This document shows, piece by piece, positions 10,098 through 22,205 of a stretch of 64,000 bases of DNA. The notes beneath the pieces were generated by a model, which did no database searches, was not told where the DNA came from, and worked only from the letters and a program-made list of their open reading frames with translations. Position numbers and translations under genes: made by a program. Origin of the DNA: an uncultured beta proteobacterium (GTDB lineage Bacteria; Pseudomonadota; Gammaproteobacteria; Burkholderiales; JACQAP01); assembly GCA_963695915.1 (NCBI GenBank), contig CAVOIO010000030.1:5814-69813 (forward strand). The letters run 5' to 3'. Positions within the stretch are counted from its first letter, which is position 1. Each line of letters opens with the position of its first letter.

Positions 10098-10496
10098 TTC
10101 TCATCTGTGCCGATGGAATTTGCATGACGCCTTCGATTCCCCCGGAGATTGCTTTCGCGACCACGGTCCTCAGGGGCTCATTGCGATAAGTCAATGCGCG
10201 CACAATCATCGGCAGATTCACGCCCTGCGACACCTTCGATCTTGCCCGGGAATCAGCAACTTGCTGGCGATATTGCAGGGCGTGGCGCCATAAACGTCGG
10301 AAAGCACCAGCACGCCGCCGCCCTGGTCGAGGCCTCGCGCCAGCTTGATCGCCTGCGGCAACACCAACTGAGGATCGTCGAGCATGCTTACGCCGATCTG
10401 CATCAGGTACGGCGGCCGGCCGCCCATCACGTGACTGGCGCAGTGAATCAGGCTTTCGCCCAACGTGCCGTGGGAAACGATCAGTATTCCAACCAT
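10078..10496 (-). pseudogene. PTS EIIA component, mannose/fructose family, one frameshift near 10245
   Basis: MVGILIVSHGTLGESLIHCASHVMG...VLVLSDVYGATPCNIA is followed in another frame by GVNLPMIVRALTYRNEPL...AATGN. The stop overlaps the ptsH start. Confidence 0.8.
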
Positions 10497-10553
10497 GGAT
10501 GCCTGGGATTAGTCGGTAACAAAGGGAAATTCTACCTATGTGGACAAGGTGCG

Positions 10554-10623
10554 TAAGGAGAGAGCGGTGAGGAAAACCGTAACAGGGAGTTTACCCCTGT
10601 CTCCTTACCCTACCCCTCACTGC
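10554..10623. repeat. short interleaved inverted repeats, possibly a degenerate IR-element relative
   Basis: TAAGGAGA pairs with TCTCCTTA, and GCGGTGAGG with CCTCACTGC, around an inner CAGGG/CCCTG hairpin. The region overlaps the last codons of gshB. Confidence 0.3.
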
Positions 10624-11553
10624 CTTATCCAGCGCATCGATCATCAGCGCGGCGACATTGAAGCCGGTCTGGTCGGCGATTTCACGCATGCAGGTAGGGC
10701 TGGTGACGTTGACTTCGGTCAGGTAATCGCCGATCACGTCCAGGCCAACCAGCATCAGCCCCTGTGCCTTGAGTTCGGGGCCGACCGCCTCTGCGATCTC
10801 GCGGTCGCGAGTGGTCAACGGCTGCGCGACACCGGTGGCGCCGGCGGCGAGATTGCCGCGGGTTTCCCCCTGTTTCGGAATGCGCGCAAGCGAGTAGGGC
10901 ACCGGCTTGCCGTCGATGACCAGGACGCGTTTGTCGCCCTTGGCAATTTCGACGATGAAGCGCTGCGCCATCACCGTGCGCCGGCCGTAATGGGTAAGGG
11001 TTTCGATGACAACCCCGATGTTGGGATCCTGACTGTGCAGGCGGAATACAGAGGTGCCGCCCATGCCGTCCAGCGGTTTGAGGATGATATCCCCGTGTTC
11101 AGCGAGAAAGTCGCGGATCAACGGCTCGACACGCGTGACCAGCGTCGGTACCGTGAACTGCGCAAACTTGGCGATCGCCAGTTTTTCATTGTGGTCGCGC
11201 ACGGCGCGCGGACTGTTGACGACGAGCGCGCCCTGCTTTTCCGCCAGCTCCAGCAGGTAAGTGCTGTAGATGTATTCCATGTCGAACGGCGGGTCCTTGC
11301 GCATCAATACCGCATCGAAGGATTCCAGCGAAACCGGCTTTTTATCGCCGACGCGGTACCAGTGCTTGTCGTCGGAAGCAAGCGACAGGTCGCGCGCGTA
11401 GCCAAGTACGCGGCCGTCGCGCCAGATCAGGTCTTCCTGCTGCAGCACTGCGAGCGCATGGCCGCGGCCCGCCGCCTCGCGCATCATCGCGTAGGAAGAG
11501 TCCTTGTAGGTCTTTATGCTGTCGAGCGGATCGAGAACGAAGGCGATTTTCAT
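10591..11553 (-). CDS. gshB: glutathione synthetase
   Basis: 320 aa: MKIAFVLDPLDSIKTYKDSSYAMM...LMRKDPPFD...ILKPLDGMGG...LTEVNVTSPTC. Confidence 0.92.
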   Translation of the reverse strand: MKIAFVLDPLDSIKTYKDSSYAMMREAAGRGHALAVLQQEDLIWRDGRVLGYARDLSLASDDKHWYRVGDKKPVSLESFDAVLMRKDPPFDMEYIYSTYLLELAEKQGALVVNSPRAVRDHNEKLAIAKFAQFTVPTLVTRVEPLIRDFLAEHGDIILKPLDGMGGTSVFRLHSQDPNIGVVIETLTHYGRRTVMAQRFIVEIAKGDKRVLVIDGKPVPYSLARIPKQGETRGNLAAGATGVAQPLTTRDREIAEAVGPELKAQGLMLVGLDVIGDYLTEVNVTSPTCMREIADQTGFNVAALMIDALDKAVRGRVRRQG

Positions 11554-11611
11554 GTTGTTGTCGCGGGAGCGCGCCGACTGCGCCGCACGCGCAAGCGTGC
11601 TGGAACCACGT

Positions 11612-11836
11612 TCAGGTATTTACGGCCCGGGCTCGCGGAAACGGATGCACTTCGAGTGCGGCTTCCATGCGCTCCAGCTCCATCGCGGCCAGCAAAGCCA
11701 GCCGCGCCACGACACCGTAGGCGTAAAAGCGGTTGGGAGCAGCACAGTCGGGATTGCCGTCGGGAATCTGCTTCTCGAGCGAAAGCACGGGGCCGGTCTG
11801 GGCAGTAGCTCGGCAGGGAACGGGCATGTGCGTCAA
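11612..11836 (-). CDS. hypothetical small protein (74 aa), doubtful
   Basis: This is the only ORF in the 480 bp amtB-gshB spacer and I recognise no family. A TACAAT -10-like box lies about 25 nt upstream (near 11862-11867, minus strand). Confidence 0.3.
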   Translation of the reverse strand: MTHMPVPCRATAQTGPVLSLEKQIPDGNPDCAAPNRFYAYGVVARLALLAAMELERMEAALEVHPFPRARAVNT

Positions 11837-11973
11837 GAGGTTGGGTTCGGCCGGATTGTAGCAGACGCGCTCTGTCGGCGAACCGCCCGGTTTGTTGCCT
11901 GATGTATCTGTCTGCTACATGACGCCCAATCGACGGCGCGAGCCATACGGCCGCCATTGGGGGCCTTGAACGC

Positions 11974-12000
11974 AAAAAAACGGGCGCCCGAAGGCGCCCG
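11974..12000 (-). terminator. rho-independent terminator after amtB
   Basis: On the minus strand the stem GGGCGCC TTCG GGCGCCC is followed by GTTTTTTT, 30 nt after the amtB stop. Confidence 0.85.
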
Positions 12001-12031
12001 ATGAATTGGTAAGCGAACTTACCGGAGGAGT

Positions 12032-13498
12032 TTACATGTGATAAGCCGTTTCGCCGTGCTCGGTGATGTCCAGGCCTTCGCGCTCCTTGTCTTCCGGTAC
12101 GCGCAGTCCGACGATCACATCGGCGATCTTGTAGGCGATGAAGGCGACCACTGCAGACCAAAGGATCGTCACGCCAATCGCCTTGGCCTGGATAATCACC
12201 TGCGCGGCGATGGTCCCGAAGCCCGGCTTCATTTCGAACCAGTTGTTGGGGAAGCCGGGTCCGCCGAGCGAAGGGGAATTGAACACGCCGGTCAGGAGCG
12301 CACCAAGAGCCCCGCCTACCGCGTGCACGCCGAAAACGTCCAGCGAATCGTCCGCCTTGAGCAGTTTTTTCAGACCGTTCACGCCCCAGAGACAGACCAG
12401 GCCGGCGGCGATGCCGATCACGAAGGCGCCGGGAATTCCGACATTGCCCGCGGCCGGGGTAATCGCCACCAGGCCTGCCACGGCACCGGATGCAGCGCCG
12501 AGCATGGACGGCTTGCCCTTGAAGAGCCACTCGCCGAACATCCAGGACAGCACCGCACAAGAGGTCGCCAGATAAGTGTTCATGAATGCGAGCGCCGCGG
12601 AGTTGTTCGCTTCCAGTGCCGATCCGGCGTTGAATCCGAACCACCCGAACCACAGCAGGGACGCCCCGATCATGGTCATCGTGAGGTTATGCGGTGACAT
12701 GGCTTCCTTGCCGAACCCGATGCGCTTGCCCATCACGAACGCGCCGACCAAGCCGGCAATACCGGCGTTGATGTGGACTACCGTGCCGCCGGCGAAGTCC
12801 AGCGCACCCCATTGCCATAGCAGGCCTGCCTTCGCATTCTGCGCGTCCACGACGTCGGCCGCGGTGTATGCATCCGGACCGGGCCAGAACCAGACCATGT
12901 GCGCGATCGGAACATAGGAGAACGTGAACCATAGCACCATGAAGATCAGCACGGCCGAAAATTTCGCCCGCTCGGCGAATGCGCCCAGGATCAGGCAGCA
13001 GGTGATCGCCGCGAACGTCGCTTGGAATCCCACGTAGACCAGTTCAGGAATCGGCGTCGCCTTGCTGAAGGTCGCTGCCATCGAGAACTCGCCCTTGCCA
13101 GCGTCGAACGTGCCGTTCAGGAACAGCCGGTCGAGCCCGCCGAAGTAGGCGTTGCCCTCGGTGAAGGCCATGCTGTAGCCGTAAATGCACCAAAGCACGG
13201 TGACCAGCGAGAACACGACGAAAACCTGCATCAGCATCGAGAGCATGTTCTTCGAGCGCACCATTCCGCCATAGAACAGGGCAAGTGCAGGCACGCTCAT
13301 CAGCAACACGAACGCGGTCGAAGTCAGCATCCAAGCGACATCGCCTTTGTTGGGCGCAGGCGCCGGAGTTGCGGCCGGCGCGGCCGCGGCCGGAGTCGCT
13401 GCCGCGGTATCGGCGGATGTTGCTTCGTCGGCAAGAACCGGGGCCGACAGGCCGATGGCTCCGCACAGAGCGAAAAGCATCAGAATTTTTCTAATCAT
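12032..13498 (-). CDS. amtB: ammonium transporter
   Basis: Begins with the signal peptide MIRKILMLFALCG (GGGAGA ribosome-binding site). Amt family motifs include AWMLTSTAFVLLM and FAGGTVVHINAG. Confidence 0.92.
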   Translation of the reverse strand: MIRKILMLFALCGAIGLSAPVLADEATSADTAAATPAAAAPAATPAPAPNKGDVAWMLTSTAFVLLMSVPALALFYGGMVRSKNMLSMLMQVFVVFSLVTVLWCIYGYSMAFTEGNAYFGGLDRLFLNGTFDAGKGEFSMAATFSKATPIPELVYVGFQATFAAITCCLILGAFAERAKFSAVLIFMVLWFTFSYVPIAHMVWFWPGPDAYTAADVVDAQNAKAGLLWQWGALDFAGGTVVHINAGIAGLVGAFVMGKRIGFGKEAMSPHNLTMTMIGASLLWFGWFGFNAGSALEANNSAALAFMNTYLATSCAVLSWMFGEWLFKGKPSMLGAASGAVAGLVAITPAAGNVGIPGAFVIGIAAGLVCLWGVNGLKKLLKADDSLDVFGVHAVGGALGALLTGVFNSPSLGGPGFPNNWFEMKPGFGTIAAQVIIQAKAIGVTILWSAVVAFIAYKIADVIVGLRVPEDKEREGLDITEHGETAYHM

Positions 13499-13508
13499 GA
13501 CGTTCTCC

Positions 13509-13898
<390 letters not shown>

Positions 13899-13912
13899 TC
13901 ATGACGCGTTTG

Positions 13913-14692
13913 CTAAAATGTCTTGCCGACCGACAGGATCACGGCGGAATCACCTATGAAAACGGCCTCGGTCCCCTTGAAGACCGTGTAGTTCGCTTCC
14001 ACGGCATCGGTGTCCTTATAAGCCAGGCCGAAGTTGAAGCCGCTCCACAGATAGTTCACGCCGATCTTGTAGTCGGTATAGTCGAGGTCAACGCCGGGAG
14101 CGGTACCTTCGACGGTCTGTTGGCCGACATGCGCAGTGATCGAGAAGGCGTCGTTGATCGGATATGTGGCGTTGAGTTCGATGTACATTGAACCGTCGCT
14201 GCCGCCGCTGTAGATTGCCGGAAACGTGGTCTCGTTTCCGCCGAAGAAATCCGACACTGCGTAGGAAAGCTTCGCACTTATCCATTTCCAGGAACCGCCG
14301 ACGTAAATTTCGGTCGTGTCGAACTTTTCGCCGGGTGCAGGCTCGCCACCGGGGTAGTAATAGAGAAGCGCGCCGACGTTGACGCCGAAATCGCCAAAGG
14401 TCTTGGCCCAGCCGCCGTAGAAGTCCCACTCCATGTTTGCGGGGCCGTACAGACTCTGACTCACGTTGGAAGCCCAGGTGCCAAGGTACAGGCCGCTCGA
14501 ATGGGCATAGTCGAAGCCTCCTTGGATCGCCGGCTCTTCCAGCGTCTGGCTCAATCCGCGAAAGGAGTAGTCGGATACGAAATTGAGATTGCCCGTAATA
14601 GTGTGTGGAGACGCGGCCTCCGCGGCCAATACGGCGCCGGGGAGCGCGAAAGCGCTGGCAACGGCAACAGCTAGAAGGTTCTTCTTCAGCAT
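13913..14692 (-). CDS. TorF-family putative outer-membrane porin
   Basis: 259 aa with a signal peptide, an alternating beta-strand pattern and a terminal F (...SVGKTF). The N-terminus ...GNLNFVSDYSFRGLSQT is typical of the TIGR02001 family, which is often linked to glnK-amtB. Confidence 0.75.
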   Translation of the reverse strand: MLKKNLLAVAVASAFALPGAVLAAEAASPHTITGNLNFVSDYSFRGLSQTLEEPAIQGGFDYAHSSGLYLGTWASNVSQSLYGPANMEWDFYGGWAKTFGDFGVNVGALLYYYPGGEPAPGEKFDTTEIYVGGSWKWISAKLSYAVSDFFGGNETTFPAIYSGGSDGSMYIELNATYPINDAFSITAHVGQQTVEGTAPGVDLDYTDYKIGVNYLWSGFNFGLAYKDTDAVEANYTVFKGTEAVFIGDSAVILSVGKTF

Positions 14693-14757
14693 GGCGATCT
14701 TCCTTGTGATGAATTGAAACGAGAATTGACTCCCTGAAAACAGCGGCGAGAAGCGTC

Positions 14758-14773
14758 AGCATTTACCGTGCCA
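14758..14773 (-). promoter_or_regulatory. sigma-54 (-24/-12) promoter for the porin-glnK-amtB operon
   Basis: The minus strand reads TGGCACGGTAAATGCT, against the consensus TGGCAC-N5-TTGCW. It lies about 65 nt upstream of the porin ATG. Confidence 0.65.
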
Positions 14774-14834
14774 CACAAAAATATCATTTGAATTAACCTA
14801 TTAGTCATATTCCGGGCACAGGGGCGCCAAGCGA

Positions 14835-14851
14835 TGCACTAAAGAAATGCA
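14835..14851. promoter_or_regulatory. possible NtrC-type enhancer site
   Basis: TGCACTAAAGAAATGCA is 17 bp and partly matches TGCACC-N5-GGTGCA. It lies about 70 nt upstream of the sigma-54 promoter. Confidence 0.4.
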
Positions 14852-14929
14852 TCGTTGGCATGCCCTGCCCCTTTCCGGTGCGAAGAGAGGCCAGGGTCGC
14901 TTTGCTACACTTCGCGAAGGAGGTTGCCT

Positions 14930-15193
14930 GTGGATACCAAGTTATTGGATGAATTGAATCGCAGGGTGCGCGATTTGATCGCCGCCACCCCGGCGAAAGA
15001 CATCGAGAAGAATCTGCGCGCGCTCCTGTCGAGCGCTTTCTCGCGGCTCGACCTAGTGACGCGCGAAGAATTCGATGTGCAGCGGGAGGTGCTCCGCCAT
15101 GCCCGCGAGAAGCTGCAGCAGATGGAAGCGCGGGTTGCGGAGCTGGAAGCGAAACTGAGTCAAAAGGGACGAGGGGCGAGGGACGAGGGATGA
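14930..15193 (+). CDS. ubiK: ubiquinone biosynthesis accessory factor UbiK (YqiC/BMFP)
   Basis: GTG start after a GAAGGAGG ribosome-binding site. The sequence runs VDTKLLDELNRRVRDLIAATPAKDIEKNLRALL...REEFDVQREVL. The last ~9 codons (KGRGARDEG) are encoded by the arm of IR element copy 3. Confidence 0.8.
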   Translation: MDTKLLDELNRRVRDLIAATPAKDIEKNLRALLSSAFSRLDLVTREEFDVQREVLRHAREKLQQMEARVAELEAKLSQKGRGARDEG

Positions 15194-15323
15194 GTGGAAA
15201 GAGCATGAGCGTCATTGCGATGAAGGCCGGTCCTACCGCTTTGGAGCTGATCCAACTCCCGTTCCGGATTGTGGCCTTTCGTACAAAGTCCTTTCTCGAC
15301 CCTCGCCCCTCTTCCCTCGTCCC
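15166..15323. repeat. IR element copy 3 (GACGAGG/GGCGAGG arms)
   Basis: GGGACGAGGGGCGAGGGACGAGGGA pairs imperfectly with TCGACCCTCGCCCCTCTTCCCTCGTCCC around a ~100 bp core. The element lies between ubiK and comM. Confidence 0.8.
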
Positions 15324-15336
15324 TTAAGTCGCAAAC

Positions 15337-16833
15337 GTGTCTCTCGCTGTCCTTTACAGCAGGGCGCTGGCCGGCATGGAAGCGCCGCCGGTCACCGTGG
15401 AGGTTCATCTCGCCAACGGGCTGCCGAATTTCACCATCGTCGGATTGCCCGAGGTCGAAGTAAAAGAGAGCAAGGACCGGGTGCGTTCCGCCCTGCTCAA
15501 TTGTCGATTCGAATTTCCCGCCCGCCGCATTACCGTCAATCTCGCGCCCGCAGACCTGCCCAAGGAAAGCGGCCGCTTCGATCTGCCGATCGCGCTCGGC
15601 ATTCTCGCTGCCTCCGCGCAGATTCCCGCCGACAGGCTCGGCGAGTATGAATTCGCCGGGGAGCTTGCATTGACCGGTGAGTTGCGTCCAATCCGGGGCG
15701 CCCTGGCCATGACCTACAACGCGCATCGTTCCGGCCGCGCCTTCGTGCTGCCGGTGGAAAGCGCAACGGAAGCATCGCTGGTTCGCGATGCGCTGGTGTA
15801 TCCCGCTGCCACGCTGTTGCAGGTTTGTGCACACCTTGCCGGGCGCGAGATCCTGCGGCGTGCCGCCGATCCGCCGCCGTCGCCGGATGTGGCCTTTGCC
15901 GACCTGGCGGAGGTCAAGGGTCAGGCGCCGGCCAAACGGGCGCTCGAAGTTGCCGCCGCCGGCGGCCACAGCGTGCTCATGGTTGGCCCGCCGGGAACCG
16001 GCAAGACCATGCTCGCCGAGCGTTTTGGCGGCATCCTGCCGCCGATGACTGAGGAGGAGGCGCTTGCCTCCGCCGCGCTACAATCGCTCGGCAGCCAGGG
16101 CTTCGACGTGCGCAACTGGAAGCGCCGTCCCTATCGCGCGCCGCACCACACCGCCTCGGCGGTGGCGCTGGTTGGCGGCGGCAGCCATCCGCGACCGGGA
16201 GAGATCTCGATGGCGATGCACGGCGTGCTGTTCCTGGACGAGCTGCCGGAGTTCGGCCGCGATGTGCTGGAAGTACTGCGCGAACCGCTCGAGTCCGGAA
16301 AGATCAGTGTGTCGCGCGCCGCGCGCCAGGCCGAATTTCCGGCGCGGTTTCAATTGATCGCGGCGATGAATCCCTGCCCCTGTGGATTTCTCGGGCACTA
16401 CAGTGGCAAATGCCACTGCACCCCGGACCAGGTCACGCGCTATCGCCGCCGCATCTCCGGGCCGCTGATGGATCGAATTGACCTGCATATCGAAGTGCCG
16501 GCGGTTCCGGAACAGGAGATCGCCTCGCGCCAGTCCGGCGAGCCGAGCGCTGCGGTGCGCAAGCGGGTCAGCGCTGCGCGCGGAATTCAGCTGCTGCGCC
16601 AGGGCAAACCGAACGCGTTGCTGTCGGTGAAGGAGATCGAGAGCTACTGTATCGCGGAACCACAGGGCCAGCAGCTGGCACGCCAGGCCATCACCCGGCT
16701 GGGATTGTCGGCGCGCGCCTACCACCGGATCCTGAAAGTGGCGCGCACCATCGCCGACCTTGCCGGTGCGGCGACGGTCTCCGCGGCGCACGTGGCGGAA
16801 GCGGTGCAGTATCGTCGCTTCGAACGAATCTGA
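15337..16833 (+). CDS. comM: YifB/ComM family Mg-chelatase-like ATPase
   Basis: 498 aa: MSLAVLYSRALAGMEAPPVTVEVHLANGLPNFTIVGLP..., with Walker A GPPGTGKT. Confidence 0.9.
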   Translation: MSLAVLYSRALAGMEAPPVTVEVHLANGLPNFTIVGLPEVEVKESKDRVRSALLNCRFEFPARRITVNLAPADLPKESGRFDLPIALGILAASAQIPADRLGEYEFAGELALTGELRPIRGALAMTYNAHRSGRAFVLPVESATEASLVRDALVYPAATLLQVCAHLAGREILRRAADPPPSPDVAFADLAEVKGQAPAKRALEVAAAGGHSVLMVGPPGTGKTMLAERFGGILPPMTEEEALASAALQSLGSQGFDVRNWKRRPYRAPHHTASAVALVGGGSHPRPGEISMAMHGVLFLDELPEFGRDVLEVLREPLESGKISVSRAARQAEFPARFQLIAAMNPCPCGFLGHYSGKCHCTPDQVTRYRRRISGPLMDRIDLHIEVPAVPEQEIASRQSGEPSAAVRKRVSAARGIQLLRQGKPNALLSVKEIESYCIAEPQGQQLARQAITRLGLSARAYHRILKVARTIADLAGAATVSAAHVAEAVQYRRFERI

Positions 16834-16840
16834 AGAACTT

Positions 16841-17045
16841 TCACGGCAAAGGCGCAAAGGAAACGCAAAGAAAGACAAATACAAATGTTATAAAAAGCGC
16901 GTTCGTACTGGACGCCTCCTTAAACTTGAGCACATATGCTGAGAGCAAAGATTCCGTGAACGAGAACACATTTTGTATTTCCTCGAGTTGCCTTTGCGTA
17001 CCCCTCGAGGGGGTATTGAAAAGATTGTTTGCGCCTTTGCGGTGA
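16841..17045. repeat. IR element copy 4 (CGCAAAG arms; right arm carries the CCCCTCGAGGGGG module)
   Basis: The left arm TCACGGCAAAGGCGCAAAGGAAACGCAAAGAAAGACAAATACAAA is mirrored by the right arm ...TTTTGTATTT...CCTTTGCGTACCCCTCGAGGGGGTATTGAAAAGATTGTTTGCGCCTTTGCGGTGA. Confidence 0.85.
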
Positions 17046-17054
17046 GGAAAATCC

Positions 17055-18090
17055 GTGGATGATCTGAAAAGCTGGCAGGAAGAGAAGGGCTCCGCGCACC
17101 TGTACCGCGTGGTTGCCGAGCAGGAATCCGGCACGGCGCGCCAGGGACTGTTTCTTGAACTGGCGCGCGAAGCAGAGAAGCAGGCGAAAATCTGGGAGCG
17201 GAAGATCCGGGAAGCCGGCGGCGCGGTTCCGGAGCACTTCGGGCCGGACCTGCGTACCCGCATCGTCGCCACGCTGGTCAAAACAATGGGGCCGCGGCCA
17301 CTGCGCTCGATGCTTGCCGCGATGAAGGTGCGCGGCATGTCGCTGTATGCGGGCGCCGATCCGCGTCACTTTATTCCGGATTCCACCGCAGGAATGGAGC
17401 GCCGCCACCGAGGGCTGGCGAGCGGCGGGAATCTGCGTGCTGCGGTTTTCGGGGTAAATGACGGGCTGGTCTCGAACGCGAGCCTGATTTTCGGCGTCGC
17501 GGGTGCAACTTCGGACAGCAGGATGATTCTTCTATGCCGGAATTGCCGGCCTGCTTGCCGGGGCCTTCTCGATGGCGGCGGGCGAGTACGTGTCGGTGCG
17601 CTCGCAGCGCGAAATGTACGAATATCAGATCGGCCTTGAGCGCGACGAGCTGGAACAGTATCCGGAGGAGGAAGCCTCGGAGCTGGCGATGATCTACGTG
17701 GCCCGTGGCATTCCCGAAGGCGAAGCGCAGAAAATGGCCAATGTGATCCTGGTGGACCCGACCCGGGCGCTCGATACCCTGGCGCGCGAGGAGCTTGGCC
17801 TCAATCCTTCGGAACTGGGTTCGCCCTGGGGTGCGGCGAGTTTCTCCTTTGTGGCCTTCGCCCTTGGCGCGGTATTGCCGCTGCTGCCCTTCCTGTTCGG
17901 CGCCGGAACGGCCAGCCTGTACATTTCCGTGGGCCTGACTGCCGGCGCCCTGTTTGGCGTCGGTGCCCTGCTGTCCTTGTTCACCGGACGCCAGGCGCTG
18001 CGCGGCGGCCTGCGCATGCTGGTGATCGGTGGCATGGCCGGACTGCTGACGTTTCTTATAGGGAAACTTCTCGGTGTGAGTCTGGGCTAG
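17055..18090 (+). pseudogene. VIT1/CCC1 family iron/manganese transporter with N-terminal helical (ferritin-like) domain, one frameshift near 17535
   Basis: The N-terminal part is MDDLKSWQEEKGSAHLYRVVAE...GVNDGLVSNASLIFGVAG. The C-terminal part, ...AGAFSMAAGEYVSVRSQRE...LLTFLIGKLLG, is in the next frame. Confidence 0.8.
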
Positions 18091-18125
18091 GCGTAGCCGG
18101 CCATTGGCCGGCATGAAGGGCGTTT

Positions 18126-18235
18126 ACGCAGAGGACGCAAAGGAAAGACAAGAAAGGGCGCAGAGAAAATCCATTCCAATTGTTCCTTTGCCTCAAGCAT
18201 GATCTTTCCTTTGGTCCTCCATCGTTACTCCGCAG
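18126..18235. repeat. IR element copy 5 (short, degenerate termini)
   Basis: CAGAGGACGCAAAGGAAAGA pairs with TCTTTCCTTTGGTCCTCC around a ~55 bp spacer. The element lies downstream of the VIT gene. Confidence 0.6.
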
Positions 18236-18273
18236 CATTGACACCAGCCCATCAACCCGCTAACGTTGTCTTC

Positions 18274-18323
18274 GCGCCGATTTGATTCTCAGCTTGCGGG
18301 CGCTTAAAAAATACCGCTAAAGC
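18274..18323 (+). promoter_or_regulatory. candidate H-type pseudoknot resembling a SAM-II riboswitch (unverified)
   Basis: P1 pairs GCGCC (18274-78) with GGCGC (18299-303). The loop GAUUUGAUUCUCAGCUUGCG is U-rich, and its GCUU..GC can pair with the 3' tail GC..AAGC (18316-23). The linker UUAAAAAAUA is A-rich. Confidence 0.3.
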
Positions 18324-18333
18324 GTGGAACGAA

Positions 18334-18368
18334 AACCCGTCCCACTCAAGCGGACGGGTTTTTTGTTT
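18334..18368 (+). terminator. intrinsic terminator 12 nt upstream of the metH ATG
   Basis: AACCCGTCC cactcaagc GGACGGGTT is followed by TTTTGTTT. Confidence 0.8.
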
Positions 18369-18379
18369 CTGGAATCGGA

Positions 18380-22102
<3,723 letters not shown>

Positions 22103-22205
22103 CCTGCAGCGGCGAACTTCGCGCCGGCGCGCGCGTCCAATCCCGGTGTAACATTCTGCAGGATCGGAAATGCGCAAATGACGACAGACGTTCAACACGC
22201 TCCAT

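Noticed and set aside
11554-12031. gshA (glutamate-cysteine ligase) between amtB and gshB
   Set aside because: The spacer is only ~480 bp and contains a single 74-aa ORF with no recognisable GCS motifs.
14844-14860. TGGCATGCCCTGCCC as a sigma-54 promoter for ubiK
   Set aside because: The GG-to-GC spacing is wrong (the GC lies 2 nt too close) and there is no TTGC element.
18094-18113. GCCGGCC-ATT-GGCCGGC palindrome right after the VIT gene stop as a terminator
   Set aside because: It has no U-tract. The convincing terminator is 240 nt further downstream, at 18334-18368.
18240-18335. SAH or cobalamin riboswitch upstream of metH
   Set aside because: I see neither the B12 box (GCCACTG-like) nor the SAH-riboswitch conserved segments (GAGGAGCG...CAGGCUCGG). 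Only the weaker SAM-II-like resemblance was kept as a hypothesis.
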